From: Raillietiella orientalis
Lineage: Eukaryota
Assembly (NCBI GenBank): GCA_036172245.1
Contig: JAYWIR010000062.1
Coordinates: forward strand, 558,001 to 622,000
Reading direction: 5' to 3'
Length of the DNA: 64,000 nt
Positions 26,891 to 39,600 of the stretch are shown in pieces. The notes beneath the pieces were generated by a model that ran no database searches, had not been told where the DNA came from, and saw only the letters and a program-made list of their open reading frames with translations. The translations under genes and the position numbers were made by a program. Every line of letters starts with the position of its first letter. The first letter of the stretch is position 1.

Positions 26891-29265
26891 ATCCACCTCC
26901 GGTGCCACGCCCGAATGTCTCGGCCAACCAGCGCCATTGCAGGAGAAACTCGGAACTCAACAACGCAGTGGCGTCAGAGTTTCTGCCGAAGTATTCGAAC
27001 CCGCGACGCATGGTGCCACACGCGGAAGCCTTAACCACAAGGCCTCCGACGCGGGCATTCCCATCACCGTTTTTGCGTGTGCCCGCGGCCCCGATCGCTG
27101 TGCCCGCCTTCCCAAGGGCATGGAAGAATGAAAGGGGAGTACGATGGGGGCTGAGCACGGAAGCGAATTCTCTCTGCCCCCTCTTCCCCCCAACATCCTT
27201 TCTGCCGAGAATCTGCTGAGAATCTCGCATCCGACTCCTTCGGAGTTGCTGAGTCACTCACACGCCCGGCGTCGCCGACCGAGACGGTCCAAGAAGCAGT
27301 GGACTCACCTCTCCATGCAGACGGACCGCATCCGACCACCCTTGGGCAAGAACTGACTCCCAGGGATGTTGCGAAACTCCGTGACTTCCAAGATGGCGCT
27401 TGCCTCCTACCTTTTGCTTTCTTCTTCCCGTTTTCACTGCCGAAATGCAGAGAGGACAGCATGGGGAAGATTCTGGGAGCGTTTCGGAGCGTTCAGGGGA
27501 GAAGGGATCGCCACGACCACAGGGCTGGTCACAGGGTCAATAGAAGAACGCTGCGATGTATTTCCAAATCGACAGGATTGCAAGCTGCCAGCTCGCAATG
27601 TACACAGCAATATGCTCGATGTTGCCGTCGGGCGCCGTGCTGATTTTGGGAGGAGCCGGTCTGGGGAAGCTGGCGAGGATGTACCGTCCGCCGAGGGGCT
27701 CCAGGACATCGGCGTTTTCGACTGGGTGCTCTGGGGCCTCTCTTGGATCAAGAGCGTCTTGGAGAAAGGTGAGCATCTGCAACAGAGAAAGTGCATCTCA
27801 GTTCGTCCCCCTACGGTTGCTCCCCGTCACAAGAGCATCCCGAGTCAGGGAATTCTCTCTGGCACTCCACGGATCCATCCGATCCGTGGAGTGCCAGAGA
27901 GACATCCCACAGCCGACAGACAAGGACTCCAGGCAGCCTTCTCCGCACCGCCTTTTTATTTTCATGCGCAGGATAAAAAAATATCAGTCGGAGCAATCGC
28001 CTCCTTCCAGAACACTGGGGTAAGCGGGACAGCATCCTGTTTTCTCCCGAAGAGCTCCCTCCGGATGCGTGACCATCACAAGTTGCCTTGCGGAGACTTC
28101 TGCACGTTGGGACTGCTCGCTTTTTTTGCCGGGGCACTCGATTCCGCTCTCGCAAACACCCGCCCACGCACGGGAGTCCTTCCTTGCTCTGAGCTGCCTT
28201 CCCGGTGAAGGTGAGGCTGGAATTTCGGGGGGTGCACCCCCCCCAAAAGCTCCCAGAGCTCCATGCCGGGAAGGGGAGACGGGTCGGGGAGCACGGAAGC
28301 TGGCGGCGATACTAACACCCAGCATCAAAAGTGGCTCGCGAGGAACTCTAGGCGAAGACGTGACAGCTGTGGATAGGGATCCGATCCCAATTTCCTTTTT
28401 TCCCCTTTGGGGTGCACTTGCCACAGTGGGCAGGCGAAAACGGAAAAACGGCACGGCATCGACCGGCCTTCAAATGGCGAAGCGGCTTCACATGGCAGGC
28501 AACAATAGCAGTGCTCCCATGCGAAACAGTGGTGGCTTTCTATTAAAACAAAACCGGTTATTTGTCGGAGCTTCGATAAATTATCAGATCCCTAGATTAA
28601 GTTTGCTCCCATATAAATGAATGTTTCCTGTAATAAAAGCCTTTTTTTTTAAAAAAAAAAAAAAAAAAACTTAACAGCCTACTGCAGTTGCATACGAGAA
28701 AAAGGCAGAGAACATCCAGAAGGTGTATTGTAAAGTATGATACAGACTGCATAATACAACACACATGATCATTCGTTCGGGAAACACGCCCACATTTCAT
28801 CATGATCCGCTCAAGCACGTGCACAATGCACTTATCAAATTACATACATACGGCGTGACTGCGAAAAAAGTTATTGAGAAAAGTTCCACGTGCCGACCAT
28901 CCTCGCTCACGACAAAAGGTCTGGGAATCCGGCGGGCAGGCGCGGCTCGGGGCAGCGGAGGAAACTCCAGGAGCCGTCTACATCCTCTCGTCTCGGGAGC
29001 GGAAGCGTCGCGGGAGAAACACATCAGACTGGTACTCCCCCCCTTCCTCTCTCTCCGGATGCCCGAGGTTTCTCGCGCCGTGACCGATGGAGGGCAAGCG
29101 CACTCCCTCCTCGAAGACCCTCCACCGCCGCCACCGCCTCCCCGAACGGGGTGCGTCCCTCCTACGCAACCGGAACACTCTCTCCTGGGCGGGCAGGCGG
29201 CAGCAGCGTGCCCCGATTCCGGGGGGAGGGAAAATTCTGTGCAAGGTTAGGGGGGGGAAGGGACC

Positions 29266-31912
29266 CTATCTCGCCGCGGTCTGGGGACGAGCAAGGCCCT
29301 GGGACTCCTGGACCCCGCGACCGAGCGCGCTCGTGGCTCGGAGTCTCGGCTGCACTGCCCTGTTCCCTATCGAAAGAACCTTCGTGGGGATAAGTGGCTA
29401 CCGGAAATCCGGGGCTCCCTCGGAATTACCTGGTGTTCCGATAAGGTCCGCGGGCTGTCGAAGAGGATCCACGTGGTGGGCTCTGGGCAGGAGGACAGGG
29501 AGATGGTCCCGTTGTATTTGAAAAAGGGCGTGGGTCCCTGGGGGAGGGCGAGCAGCTCGTCAACCCGCAGGGAGGTCCCGGATTCCTCCTGTCCGCTCGA
29601 GACTCCCGGCGAGGCATTCGACAGGAGGGCAGCCAGCCTCCTCATCCCGGGCTCGTCCGCATTTCCATCCCGGGCGGGTGCGAGCTAAGTAAAAGAGGGA
29701 GGGGCTCCGAGGAGCAGTGGAAATCCCGGACGTTCCCCCTTCTCCCCTTTCCTCCTCTCCCTCTCGCTCCCTTCGATTCCCGCTTACCTCGAAGAAGAAC
29801 CCGAGGGACAGCATCCTTTCGGGACCCTCGGAGGTGTCGTCCTCGTTGATGTGCACGAGCTGCACTTCCATCGGGAACCTGGAACGCAATCCCGGTGCTG
29901 GATCTCACGGATCCGGGACTCCAGCTGCCCTGTCGCTCCCCCCCCCCACGTCGCACCCCGCAGATCTTCCTGAAGACCGCATGTTCTCCTTGTCTCCAGA
30001 GAAGAGTAGCGATGGGGGGAGATGGAACTCCGAGCACTTCTGGGCGTTCCCTGTCCCCCTTTGCCCCCTCCAGAGAAGAGGGCGACTTTTTTTCGTGCTT
30101 GCATGCGGGAGTCACGGGGAGCGCATCCTTTTCTCCCCCTTCGTTTACCCCTACCCCTCCTCCTCAACCCCGACCCCCTTTCCTCACCTCCGTCCGTCCA
30201 GGGAGTGCTCCGACCCCTCCTCCAGGGTCCTCCCCCAGCGGCAGGCAAGGGCTGTGAAGCGGAAGGTCCCTCGAAGGCCATCCCCGCTCACCTGGGGCCA
30301 GTATTCGGCGTACGTGAAGTCCAGGGTGACTGCAAGGGAGATGAGGCTCCCCTGTCAAGGTGGTCCCAAGGGGAGAAGCGGGGAGACGGAGGTCGGGTCG
30401 TGCCACTGGAAGCCCCCAAGGTGGCCGAGCTGTCCTATTGGGGAGGGGTTGAGGGGAGGTCCCGGAAACTTCCGCGCCTCCTTTGGCCATCTCCCAGCCG
30501 TTTCCCGAACCGTGCGAAAGGCTTGGCGCGCGTCCCTCTCCGGAAGCGACCTCTGGGGCGAGGGAAAACACCGAAGCCTGTCGATGCTCTCGGGGAGGCA
30601 GTCGCATCTCACTCCAGGGAACAGCTCCCCCTTGCTTCCTTCCTTCCCCTCTTTACCCTCCGCAGTCGCCACCCCATTCCATACGAGCCCAGCCCCTTGG
30701 TGGAGGGATCGCTTCCCTTGCAGAAAGGGTCGGCATGGACCACCGGTGAGTCCCTCCCCGCGAAGATCTGATCTGACCCCGGGGAATTCCCCAGGGTCAG
30801 GTCAGGGGCCTCTCTGAGGTCTCGCTGCCATCCCCTTGCTCTCCTGGGACGAGGAGGCCTTAGCGATCCCGAGGTCTTCGCTCTGGGCGCAGCTATCGCC
30901 AAGGCCGCCACCCTTTCTCTCCCTCCTCGAGGCTCCTTCAAGGTCACTTCCCGGAGGCTTGCGCACGTGGCAGGGAGGGAGGAGCGGCCGGGTGGCGGCT
31001 TCCCTCCCTTTCCTTGAGGGGGCAGCCCCCGGAGGGAGACGCGCTTTCCGAAAACGGGTCCGTGGCGGGAATGAGACGGGACGGGACGGGGTGCTCGCTC
31101 ACTTCCGGTTTTCTCCCTGGTGACCTTGACCGTTTCTGGCTGCGTGTCGAACCGCTCGAAGGCGATCCCTTCGTATGGGACCGGCCTGGCGGCGCTCCTG
31201 TCGACGTTGACGGGCGACAGCCTTCTGCTTCCAGGAGGGCAGTTGTCTGGAGACGGGCCGGGGGACGCCTCGTCTTGAGCTGGAACAGAAACGTCCGGAA
31301 GGAGGCAGCCTCCATCCTCCTGGGGCAAACGGGGGGAAGGGCAAAAGCGAGAGGGGGAGGAGGAGGAGAAGAATGTGGGGACTCCCGCCTCCCTTCTGAG
31401 AGGCGCGACCGTCGCTGTATCCGTCAGGAGAGAGTCGCCCCGGCAACCGCCGCAGCTCGGATAGGGGGAGGGGGAGGCGCGTGGGGGTTGAAGCAGGTGG
31501 CCCGAACACCTCCAGGGGAATGAGGAGGCGGTCCCGAGTCGGAGGCTGCACTACACCTCTCCCCCCGGCAAGCAGGGCTTCCCGGGAGAGGAGGTAAGAC
31601 GGGAGCGCAGGCTGTTGCAAAGAGGCTGCTGGCGATGGGGCGTGGACGGAGGTGCGGGGGAGGAAGGTGCACGCTCCTTGGGAGAGCTACTCCGATTTTC
31701 CCGGCCTCCTGGAGGAAATCTTCCCAGTCTTGTCCGAAGGGGACCTCCAGAAGCGCTCAGGAGCGAGGGAGGAAGGAGGGGGGAAAGCGTGGGATTCGCG
31801 CGTGAGGGGGCGGTGGGGAGGGGAATGAAAGACGGAAAAGCAGCTCACCTGGGCGCGCGTGCGTCCCTCCCGCGCTCCAGCAGATCAGAAGGACCAATGT
31901 CACCGCAGTCAT
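29266..31912 (-). CDS. Secreted alpha-carbonic-anhydrase-like protein, predicted acatalytic, ~280 aa; exons 31912-31849, 31279-31103, 30329-30188, 29878-29788, 29684-29430, 29379-29266
   Basis: The phase-consistent model starts with a signal peptide MTAVTLVLLICWSAGGTHA, then DNCPPGSRRLSPVNVD (QSPINI), PQVSGDGLRGTFRFTALACRWGRTLEEGSEHSLDGRRFPMEVQLVH (canonical YRL.QFHFHWG...GSEH..DG.RYPMELHLVH), LSLGFFFE, FKYNGTISLSSCPEPTTWILF (YRY.GSLTTPPC.E.VTW..F) and GNRAVQP (NFRPVQP). The last exon is the least certain. Confidence 0.85.
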
Positions 31913-32749
31913 CTCCTGCGGCAGGCGCTCCTCTGGCGCGTCCGCCCGCGCGGGGCAGCAGATGAGGGCCGGTGGCCGGCCGGCCGGACGTTGCGACACC
32001 ACGGGGTCGCCGCCCTCCGCAATCTCCCGCCCGGTTCCTCCTCCGCGGGGCATCTCGTCGGCTGGCGGTCCTTTCCCTCACTCGCCCCCCCTCTTCCCCC
32101 CCACCCTTTTCGGCACGAACGCCACCGGCGCATCACCGGGTGGTTGCAGCCGTCGCAGCATCCCTTCGAAACGTTCTCCTGCAGGCAGCATCGGACCAGG
32201 ACCCGGGCCTCCGGACCGGTCCCCTCCATCGGACGGTCTCGGTGCTGCCGTGCTGACTCCTCCGAAACTGCGGGCGTTTCCTGGAGACCACGGAGAGGCG
32301 GCTTGCCCTCCCGCCTCCGGCACGCGCACCGTGCCGCGTGGATTGGTGGTGCTGGGGCGCCGGCTGCTGCATCGGGGTCGCTTTCCCCGGAGGCGAAGTC
32401 CGTCAGGCGATCCCCTGACCTCTCTCCTCCCCTTCCTGGCGTGGCACCCTGCGTTCCTGAAGCCCCTTTCCGGACCCCAGAGACGGCGGCGGCGGCGCTC
32501 CCGTTCTCGCCCGCTGTTCCGTTCACCTCCTGGCGGAAGACTCGCGATCATCGGGTGCCTCGCGTGCCCGCCATCCGATAGTCCCGGCGCGCCCGCCGGT
32601 ACCGGGAGAGGTCCCTTCCCGGAACGGGCTCCATGATCGCCGCGTCGACGGCTCTGTCCTGCTTCCGTCGTCCGGGATCCCCAGCCCTTTCACCCCTCGG
32701 AAATCTTCCTCCCTCCTGGACGAAATCCCGTCTGGCTGGATCGAGGGCA

Positions 32750-33290
32750 TTCTAGTGCTCCCACCGCGGGACGCGCCCTCGCTGCGAGCGCCTTCTGGCT
32801 GCCTCCTCATCCAGACTCGCCCGGCCCTTCCTCCGTAACAAGCGGGCAAGCATCAGCAAGTCTGGGAATGATGAAAAGAGCGAGGGCAGCTCTTCCCGGG
32901 CCCTTCCAGACTCCAACTCATCCTCCGAGCCCTTCCATGTCCTCGCACCCTCCACCGCTCCTCCAGCTGGGGAACCCGTTCCCTCGGGAAGAAGGGGGCC
33001 TCCATTCTCGCATTCTCGAGGCACCAGAACACAGGAGGCCTCGTGGACGTCCCCAGCATCCAGCCAAGTCGGGATGCCTGCTGGATCGGGACGTGCCCTT
33101 TACCCCCACCCCCATCCAGGTGAAGGGAAGCGAAGAGCACGTCAGCGGGCCCGTGCCAGCCGATGTGTGTTTGGGCGGTTTCTTGGAAGCAGCGTCACGA
33201 ATGATGGGGAGCGGGGACGCCTTCAGCATGGGCGTGGTGGAGCAGGTAAAAGCTGAAGAGGATGGTGGGAGCGACCCCGCCCTGCCCCTG
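32750..33290 (-). mobile_element. Decayed APE-endonuclease C-terminus of an L1/Tx1-like LINE
   Basis: Frameshifted pieces LPFTWMGVGVKGTSRSSRH (FTW...SRID) and PPVFWCLENARMEAPFFPRERVPQLEERW (FWKLN.SLL....F...V...W). Confidence 0.5.
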
Positions 33291-34014
33291 CTCTGAGCGA
33301 TCCCTCGTCTCAGTCAGTGGAAGACCTGGTTCTCCCGAGCTCCTGCCATCTCCAGCTCTTCTGAGTCCCACGATCCCAATGCGTCAACGAGTATCGAGCC
33401 CGGGCTCAGGCCTGCGATCGGATATGCGCTCCGGGGAGCCGGGAAAACCAGCGGTGGTAGATTTCCTCCCTCCGCCACCCAGAGTCTTCTACTGAAGCGC
33501 AGGGGACGTGGGACTCCCTGCTCTGCCAGCGAAGGAGCACCCGCAGCCAACCAGAGAAGTTCTCGAAGGGAGACTTGGGTTCGCGGCTTCCGGGAAACGG
33601 CGGAACCGTGAAGGAGCCGAAGATCTCCGAGAGGCGGGAGGAAAGCCGTCCGGCAGGGAGACGGCGCGCTCCACACTGAGGTCACCATGGGAAGATTTGT
33701 GTAGGCTTGGGCTGGGCATGGACGTAGCGGTCGCCATCCAAATCCAGGAGGTCGAGATCTCAAAAGATCGTAAAAAGAAACGCCCACGCCCAATATTTGT
33801 ATACTCATCCAAAATTCGAAAGAAAAATCCCTCTATCGTTTCTATTTTCGAAGTGGTCGAAACTTGCTGTGTTTCCACACATTAACTGGAACGTTATTCC
33901 TGCGTTTCCATTGAAAGGTTCAGGAGTACCAACCTCTAAATGTGGACTCGAAGCTTGCGTCTCGTCTTCCCGAAATGGAAGGGACGCTTTAAAATTCGTT
34001 AGAAAAATTCCTCT

Positions 34015-35075
34015 GCTTGTACATAGATTAATATACAACTTCATTTTCACACACACATTTATGAATAGTTATTAACATACGTGTCATTAATACAATCAAG
34101 AATAAGTATTGATTGACGCACACTATTAATACAGGACAATAAGAATAAATACAAGCATGCAATACGTATATTAATACATGAAGTAATATGCAAATTTATT
34201 TCCACACACATACTTATTAGGATTGATTAACACACATATCATTAATACAATTAAGAATACGTATACATTATTAATATATGCATGTAAGATTATAAGAATA
34301 AACACATATGTTTATTATATATATTTATATGTACTTATATATATATAATAAATATTGAATTATAAACATATATGTACCTATATATCAAACGTTCAAAATC
34401 CTGGAGAAAATGGAGTTGGCCATTTCACTTATTGAGTGCTGGAGATGACGGAAAGACGAAATGCAAAATTTCTTTCTTTCTTTCTTTTTTTTTTCCATTT
34501 GTTTGCTATTTCGCTTTTTTGGTCCCTATTTTTAAATGTCAGCACTCCTTTTTTTATTTTTTATAATTCGATATATACATATCCATCTAACGTATACTTA
34601 TTATATATATATGTATCCAGTTGCGGCGCGAGGGTGTCTGGCGCCCCTAACAGAAGAAAATTTGAGTCCCCGTATATAAAAAAGCGCAAATTACTGAAAC
34701 GGAAGATAAAAAAAACTCCATTTCTCATCCTGTAATTTGGCGGCCGTAGCAGCCCGCCGCCAGAGGCAATGCCTACATTCGTAAAACCGGTAAAACCATC
34801 CTGTTTATATATATGTATAAGTATAAATAAAAACACATTAATGTATATGAAGAACATATGTATTCATTATAATCTTTGATGTACGTATTAATAATATATA
34901 TCGATATGCATGATTAAACATAATAATATTTTATTCTTTTAACACATTATCATTATACATATCAATATACATAATAAAAAATATATTTACTTTTATAATG
35001 TTTAATGAATAGTATGTGTGTTAATAACGTCGATCAACATGTATTAAAATAAATTTATATATTAATCTGCATGTA
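34015..35075. mobile_element. AT-rich foldback/MITE-like element with long imperfect inverted arms (~34015-34345 and ~34805-35075)
   Basis: The left arm TACATAGATTAATATACAACTTCATTTT...GTTATTAACATAC matches the reverse complement of the right arm TACATGCAGATTAATATATAAATTTATTTT...GTTATTAACACAC. The inner arms match likewise (ATTATTAATA...AAGATTATAA...ACATATGTT). The left arm has internal subrepeats ATTAATACAAT.AAGAATA. Confidence 0.65.
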
Positions 35076-35499
35076 AATATATAAAGCAAGACACACAACG
35101 AGTGCATATATTCATTTCTTATCATCTTTATAATATATATTACTCCATATAATAAAAAAAAATATATTTGTTTATTTGCCTTGATCTTTCGAGATTTTGA
35201 TCGTCGCGTTTTCCATCTCCATGGGCGCCCCTGCGCGGCCCCGCGAGTGCTCGTCAGTGCGCAAAGCTCGCACCAGAGGCGCCGCTGTGCATCCTTCATT
35301 CGTCTGGTGAAAATCGCCTGCAGACTCGCGCTGGAAGCATAGGCTGGGTCATCTCCCGGGAGCCCCGGCTTCGTGGGGGATGAAGTGTGGAGATGGACGG
35401 AGATCTCTGCATTCTCCGCCTGCATCCCTCAGTCAAACGTCTCTCTCCGCACACCCACACGCGCGCAAGCCGAGACGTGTGATCCCGCCGGCACCTCAG

Positions 35500-35950
35500 C
35501 ATGTGCGTGACGATGCGCGGCGCCCCCACTCCACTGGGGGTGAAGCGGGCTCGGCAATCAGCCGGTGGGGAGGCGGAAGGAGGCTGCAAGCGCGAACTCT
35601 TCGGTCAAGAAGAGGTCCGCGGAAGGCGGCGTTTGGGAGAGCCTCTTCGGCGGGTTTCAGAACACGCCGTGAAGGTCGAGACCTGGCACGTCTGGAGACC
35701 GGAATTCCTCCTGCAGAAAGACCTCGGGAAGGTTCAAGCGGTTCGGCAGACATAAAAAGGCTCGCCAGCCCGACAGGCTTCCTGGAACGGACGGTTGCTA
35801 CGGACGCTGCCGGGCAACCCGTGGGTGGTGCGACAGACGCACCAGTGGGGGCGCCTGCTGCCGCACCGTGCCAGTGACCACGATGATCTCCCACAGGGCA
35901 AGGGCAGCATCTTTCTGGAGGCGCCAGGAAGCAGACAGGCCAGGAAGTCG
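35500..35950 (+). mobile_element. Decayed Tx1-like ORF1 (gag-like zinc-knuckle) remnant
   Basis: Pieces WHVWRPEFLLQKDLGKVQAV and AGQPVG..CDRRTSGGACCR resemble Tx1 ORF1 W.G.R...V.L and YPGQP..C..C. A similar remnant lies at ~50080-50470. Confidence 0.35.
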
Positions 35951-36671
35951 TCAGGGAACGAACGCCATGTCTCCAGGAGCAACACTACAACGCCCAGCTG
36001 TGATCCCTGTTTCGCAGAAGAACCAGACCGGCAATTCTTCCTCTCCCCCCCCCCCCTTCTCCATCCTTACCTCGCCAGAAAAGAAGAATCACTGAGATTC
36101 TGAGCGGCGTGCCAAGGATGCCTCCGCACGCTGCTTCTCAGCATCGTCCAGTGGACCCCAGCCCGAAGGTTTCTCGCGGTCCCCAGTCTCCCGGCAGCGG
36201 GGACGCCGCATAGCGTCCTTCAGTGGATCTCCCAGAGCCTCGCTCCGTCGCGGGTGAGGGGTGGGAGGGATGGAAAAGGGAAACGGAACGGGGAAAGAAA
36301 ACGCCCTCCAGCGCTTCAGGAGACCGGGAGACCGGGTTCGCAGCCCGTTAGGCGGGATTTCGACCCCCTCCTTCTCCATAGATGATCCCCGATGGCGGCC
36401 AGCAGGAACAGTTGCGGGGGAACTTAGCCAAGAGAACTTAGCCTTGACTCTCCCTCCTTTCCCGGTCGCAAACCACCAGGGGCGGCAAAGAATAGAGCCC
36501 TCCCGTCCACCCTCCACGAATGGATAACTCCCAGTGACCACTCAGCTACGTGCATTGCTCTCGAGGATGGGGCTGACGGGCGTGCGCGGGGGCAGGGGCA
36601 GGGAGCGAGGGAGAGAAAGGGCAGCGGGACTCCCTTTTCCTTCTTCATTAGGGTCCTCTCTCGTCGGTTCG

Positions 36672-39600
36672 TCACCACACGCCGGTCCTCTCCTTGCGGT
36701 GGTGCCTCCGCGACGACGGCAACGTGGGCATCTCCACCACCCTCAGGCCGGAAGACGCGTCGCTGATGTTCACCAGTTGGTACAGCTCGACGATCATCTC
36801 CTTCCCCCGGATCGAGTCCTCCCATTCCTTCAGGCGATTGATGAACTCGGTGAAGTTCCTCCCGGGGCCGGACGCCGCCACCGCCTCCTCGCCCTTCCTC
36901 CTCGGGGACCGCTTCCTCCTCCTCATGGCCTTCTGGGAGAAGAATGGCCCTTTGCCCTGGGCATCGCGATCCTGCGGGAAGTACGGCTTCGAGTATTTCT
37001 CTCCGGTCTTGAGGTCGTATTTGTGAGCACCGCCTTCCGCGTACTTGTGGGCAGCGTCCTGCTTGCTGCCGAAATACGCAGGAAGCTCGGAGTGGCCTAC
37101 CCCCTCGTGGTGGGGTTCCTTCTTCTTGTACTTCTTCCGCTGGTAGTGGGTCTGTAGCTCGTAGTGAGACTGGTCGCCGCCCCGTTCAGGGGACGGAGGC
37201 GGTGCAAAGCCACCCGCTTCCGGGTTCCCGTCCTCCACGGGCTTCCGGTAAGGGTGCTGAGGCGCAGAAGGCTGCCGGTAGGGGTCCTCGAAGACGTGGG
37301 ACTGTGGCAGGTGGCTCGGGTGCCGGTAGCTCTCGTTTGCCTCGTAGATTTCCTTTTCGTAGAGATTAGGGAGCTGTTGGTAGTAGTAGCCCGGCTTGCC
37401 GTAGGCCGTTTGCTCCGGTTTCAGCGCCTGCGGGAGAGGCACTGGCACTCCGCTTCCCGGGGCCAAACCATGGGATTTGAATTCATCCCTGAAGCGACAA
37501 ATGTCTGTCAGAACGAGGAGCCGGTAGGAAGGATTCTGGCAACCCTGATCCCAAGTGGTAGGCGCGCAAGGATCGATTCGGCCCGTTTCCAGGAAGAGCG
37601 AGTCCAAAGTTGAGGGGGTGGTTCCGAGGCAAGGCTACTGACCTCGGGGACACGGGCAAAGAAGAAATCGCGGCACGGAGGAAACAACGTAGGGTGCCGT
37701 GGTCTCGCGCACGATGCGGCCACCCGCCAAGATTTTGACGACCTCGGAGAAGAGGCATCCCTGAGGGTAGGAAGGTGAATTCTCACGAAGGTTTGCCTTG
37801 GTTCTTCGCCTTGAATGCAGAGGATCACCTCCTCTCTGACCCATGGACCGCGCTGAGCAGCAACAGGACGGATGAGAAGAAAGTCTGGGACAGAGGGAAA
37901 GGCGACTATCGAATCGTTCGGCGGCCGCTTCCCCTGGGAATTTCAAGGATCGAACGATTCAGGACGATGGGGTGGTCCGTCCCTCCTCCTGCGTGGGCAA
38001 GAGTCCTGCGGGGGTCCGGTCTTCGGCGTGCTTTCAAGAGTCCCCTCGGACGCAGGAAGAAAATTCGTGGGAACGGTCCGCATCATGGAAACCGAGCAGG
38101 GGCAAGTCGAGCCGGAGCAGACTCTGCAGAACGCTCGTTGACTTCTTCCGGTCCGGGAAAACGACAGCGATGACGGCAGAGCTGCTGCACAGACTCCTGC
38201 CGATGGACCGACAGCGCAAGTTTGATGACGACGCACGAACTCCACGGAGCATTCAGACTTCCCCATGTGGAGATGGGCGCTCCGCGAACAAATCGGCAGA
38301 CGCATGCGCAGACTTGTTGACGCTCGGCTGGAGAACGCCGGTGTGTCGAAGCGTTTCTTGGGGTTCTGTGCGAGGAGGAGCAGACATACACAGCGTATCC
38401 GGTCTTGCGCGATTCCCCCTTCCTCTTTCAGAGCAAATCAGTCGTCTCCGACGACGGCACGTGTCCAGTTTCTTTTGGGAGAGTGCACTCGAGGTAAGCA
38501 TCCTGACCATTTCTAGATCCGCAAGCGAAGGGACACATCCTCTCAGATTTGGTTGCTTAAAACTTCCGTGTTGACCCTTGGCAACGGAAGTTTCCAAGCA
38601 AGCAGATTCCTTCCCAGGTCAAAAGGAGTTCCTTCGTGCGTGCTGCCACGTTTCCTTCGCACAGACTTCGCGCACAAGTGGTCTTCCCAAAGAGGTCACC
38701 AGGCAGTGTGCGTTCTGGCGACTCCCGCACGTGCACGTTCTGTTTTTTGGTTCGCCAAGTGCCGAAGACCACTCCGTACGGGGGTCTCACGGAGATCTTC
38801 TTCAGCACTCTTCCACGCCATCCGAGGTTGCGTGTAGGAACCCTTCAAGTTATAGGGGCTGACCTCGGGAGGGGACCACCCTGAGAATCCAGGAAGGACT
38901 CCGAAGGAAGGAGTCCGTTCCTCTCCGACTCTTGGGAGGGAGCCCCAAAATAAACCCATCCCTTATTCTCTTCGGAGGGACCCCTCGGAGGGGATCAGTT
39001 CTCGTTTCTTCTCCGGAGGCATCCTGAAAAGGATTCGCTCCTGGATTTTTTCCTCCAGGGAGACCCCCGAGCGCCCTCCTTGAATTCCTCTGGAGGGCGC
39101 TCCCTGAAGGGAGTAGCGCGCTTCTTACACTCTAGAGAGACGATCCCCTAAGGAGGGAATATCAACCAGCTCCCTTTTCACAACGGGAGGGAAACCCCCA
39201 AGGGTTCTTTAATGTCCTGGAAGCACCCTGGAGGGTCGACTTCCAATCCCAGTCGACGGAGGCATCCGGTTTCGTCCAGTGCCTCTCCCGAATAGGTCAA
39301 CCAGGATCTTCCTACGAGGGAAATTCGACGACGCACCCCCCATTTCTCGGGGTCGATCCTTACCCGAGCGGTATTCGAACCAGCAACTCCTGGCACCACG
39401 CGCGTGGGGGGACAGCAGCCACCTACAGGCACGACCGCGTGCGATCCAGCAGCTGCGTTTCCAAGGCAGCACCATGCGCGGGGACGGCAGCCACGCGGCC
39501 GCCATCGCGGACGATAACAGTACGCCTGCTATCCCATTCTCCTTGCTAGCAGCCCTCGAGTCCTTTATCTTGTTGGGGCATCTGGTGCTCGGGCCGTGGT

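Noticed and set aside
24100..28620. Many overlapping 150-280-aa ORFs
   Set aside because: They have low-complexity GC-driven composition and no motifs. They are most likely decayed TE or intergenic DNA.
29717..30817. 366-aa plus-strand ORF
   Set aside because: It is a Pro/Ser/Arg-rich GC shadow frame antisense to the CA-like exons and introns.
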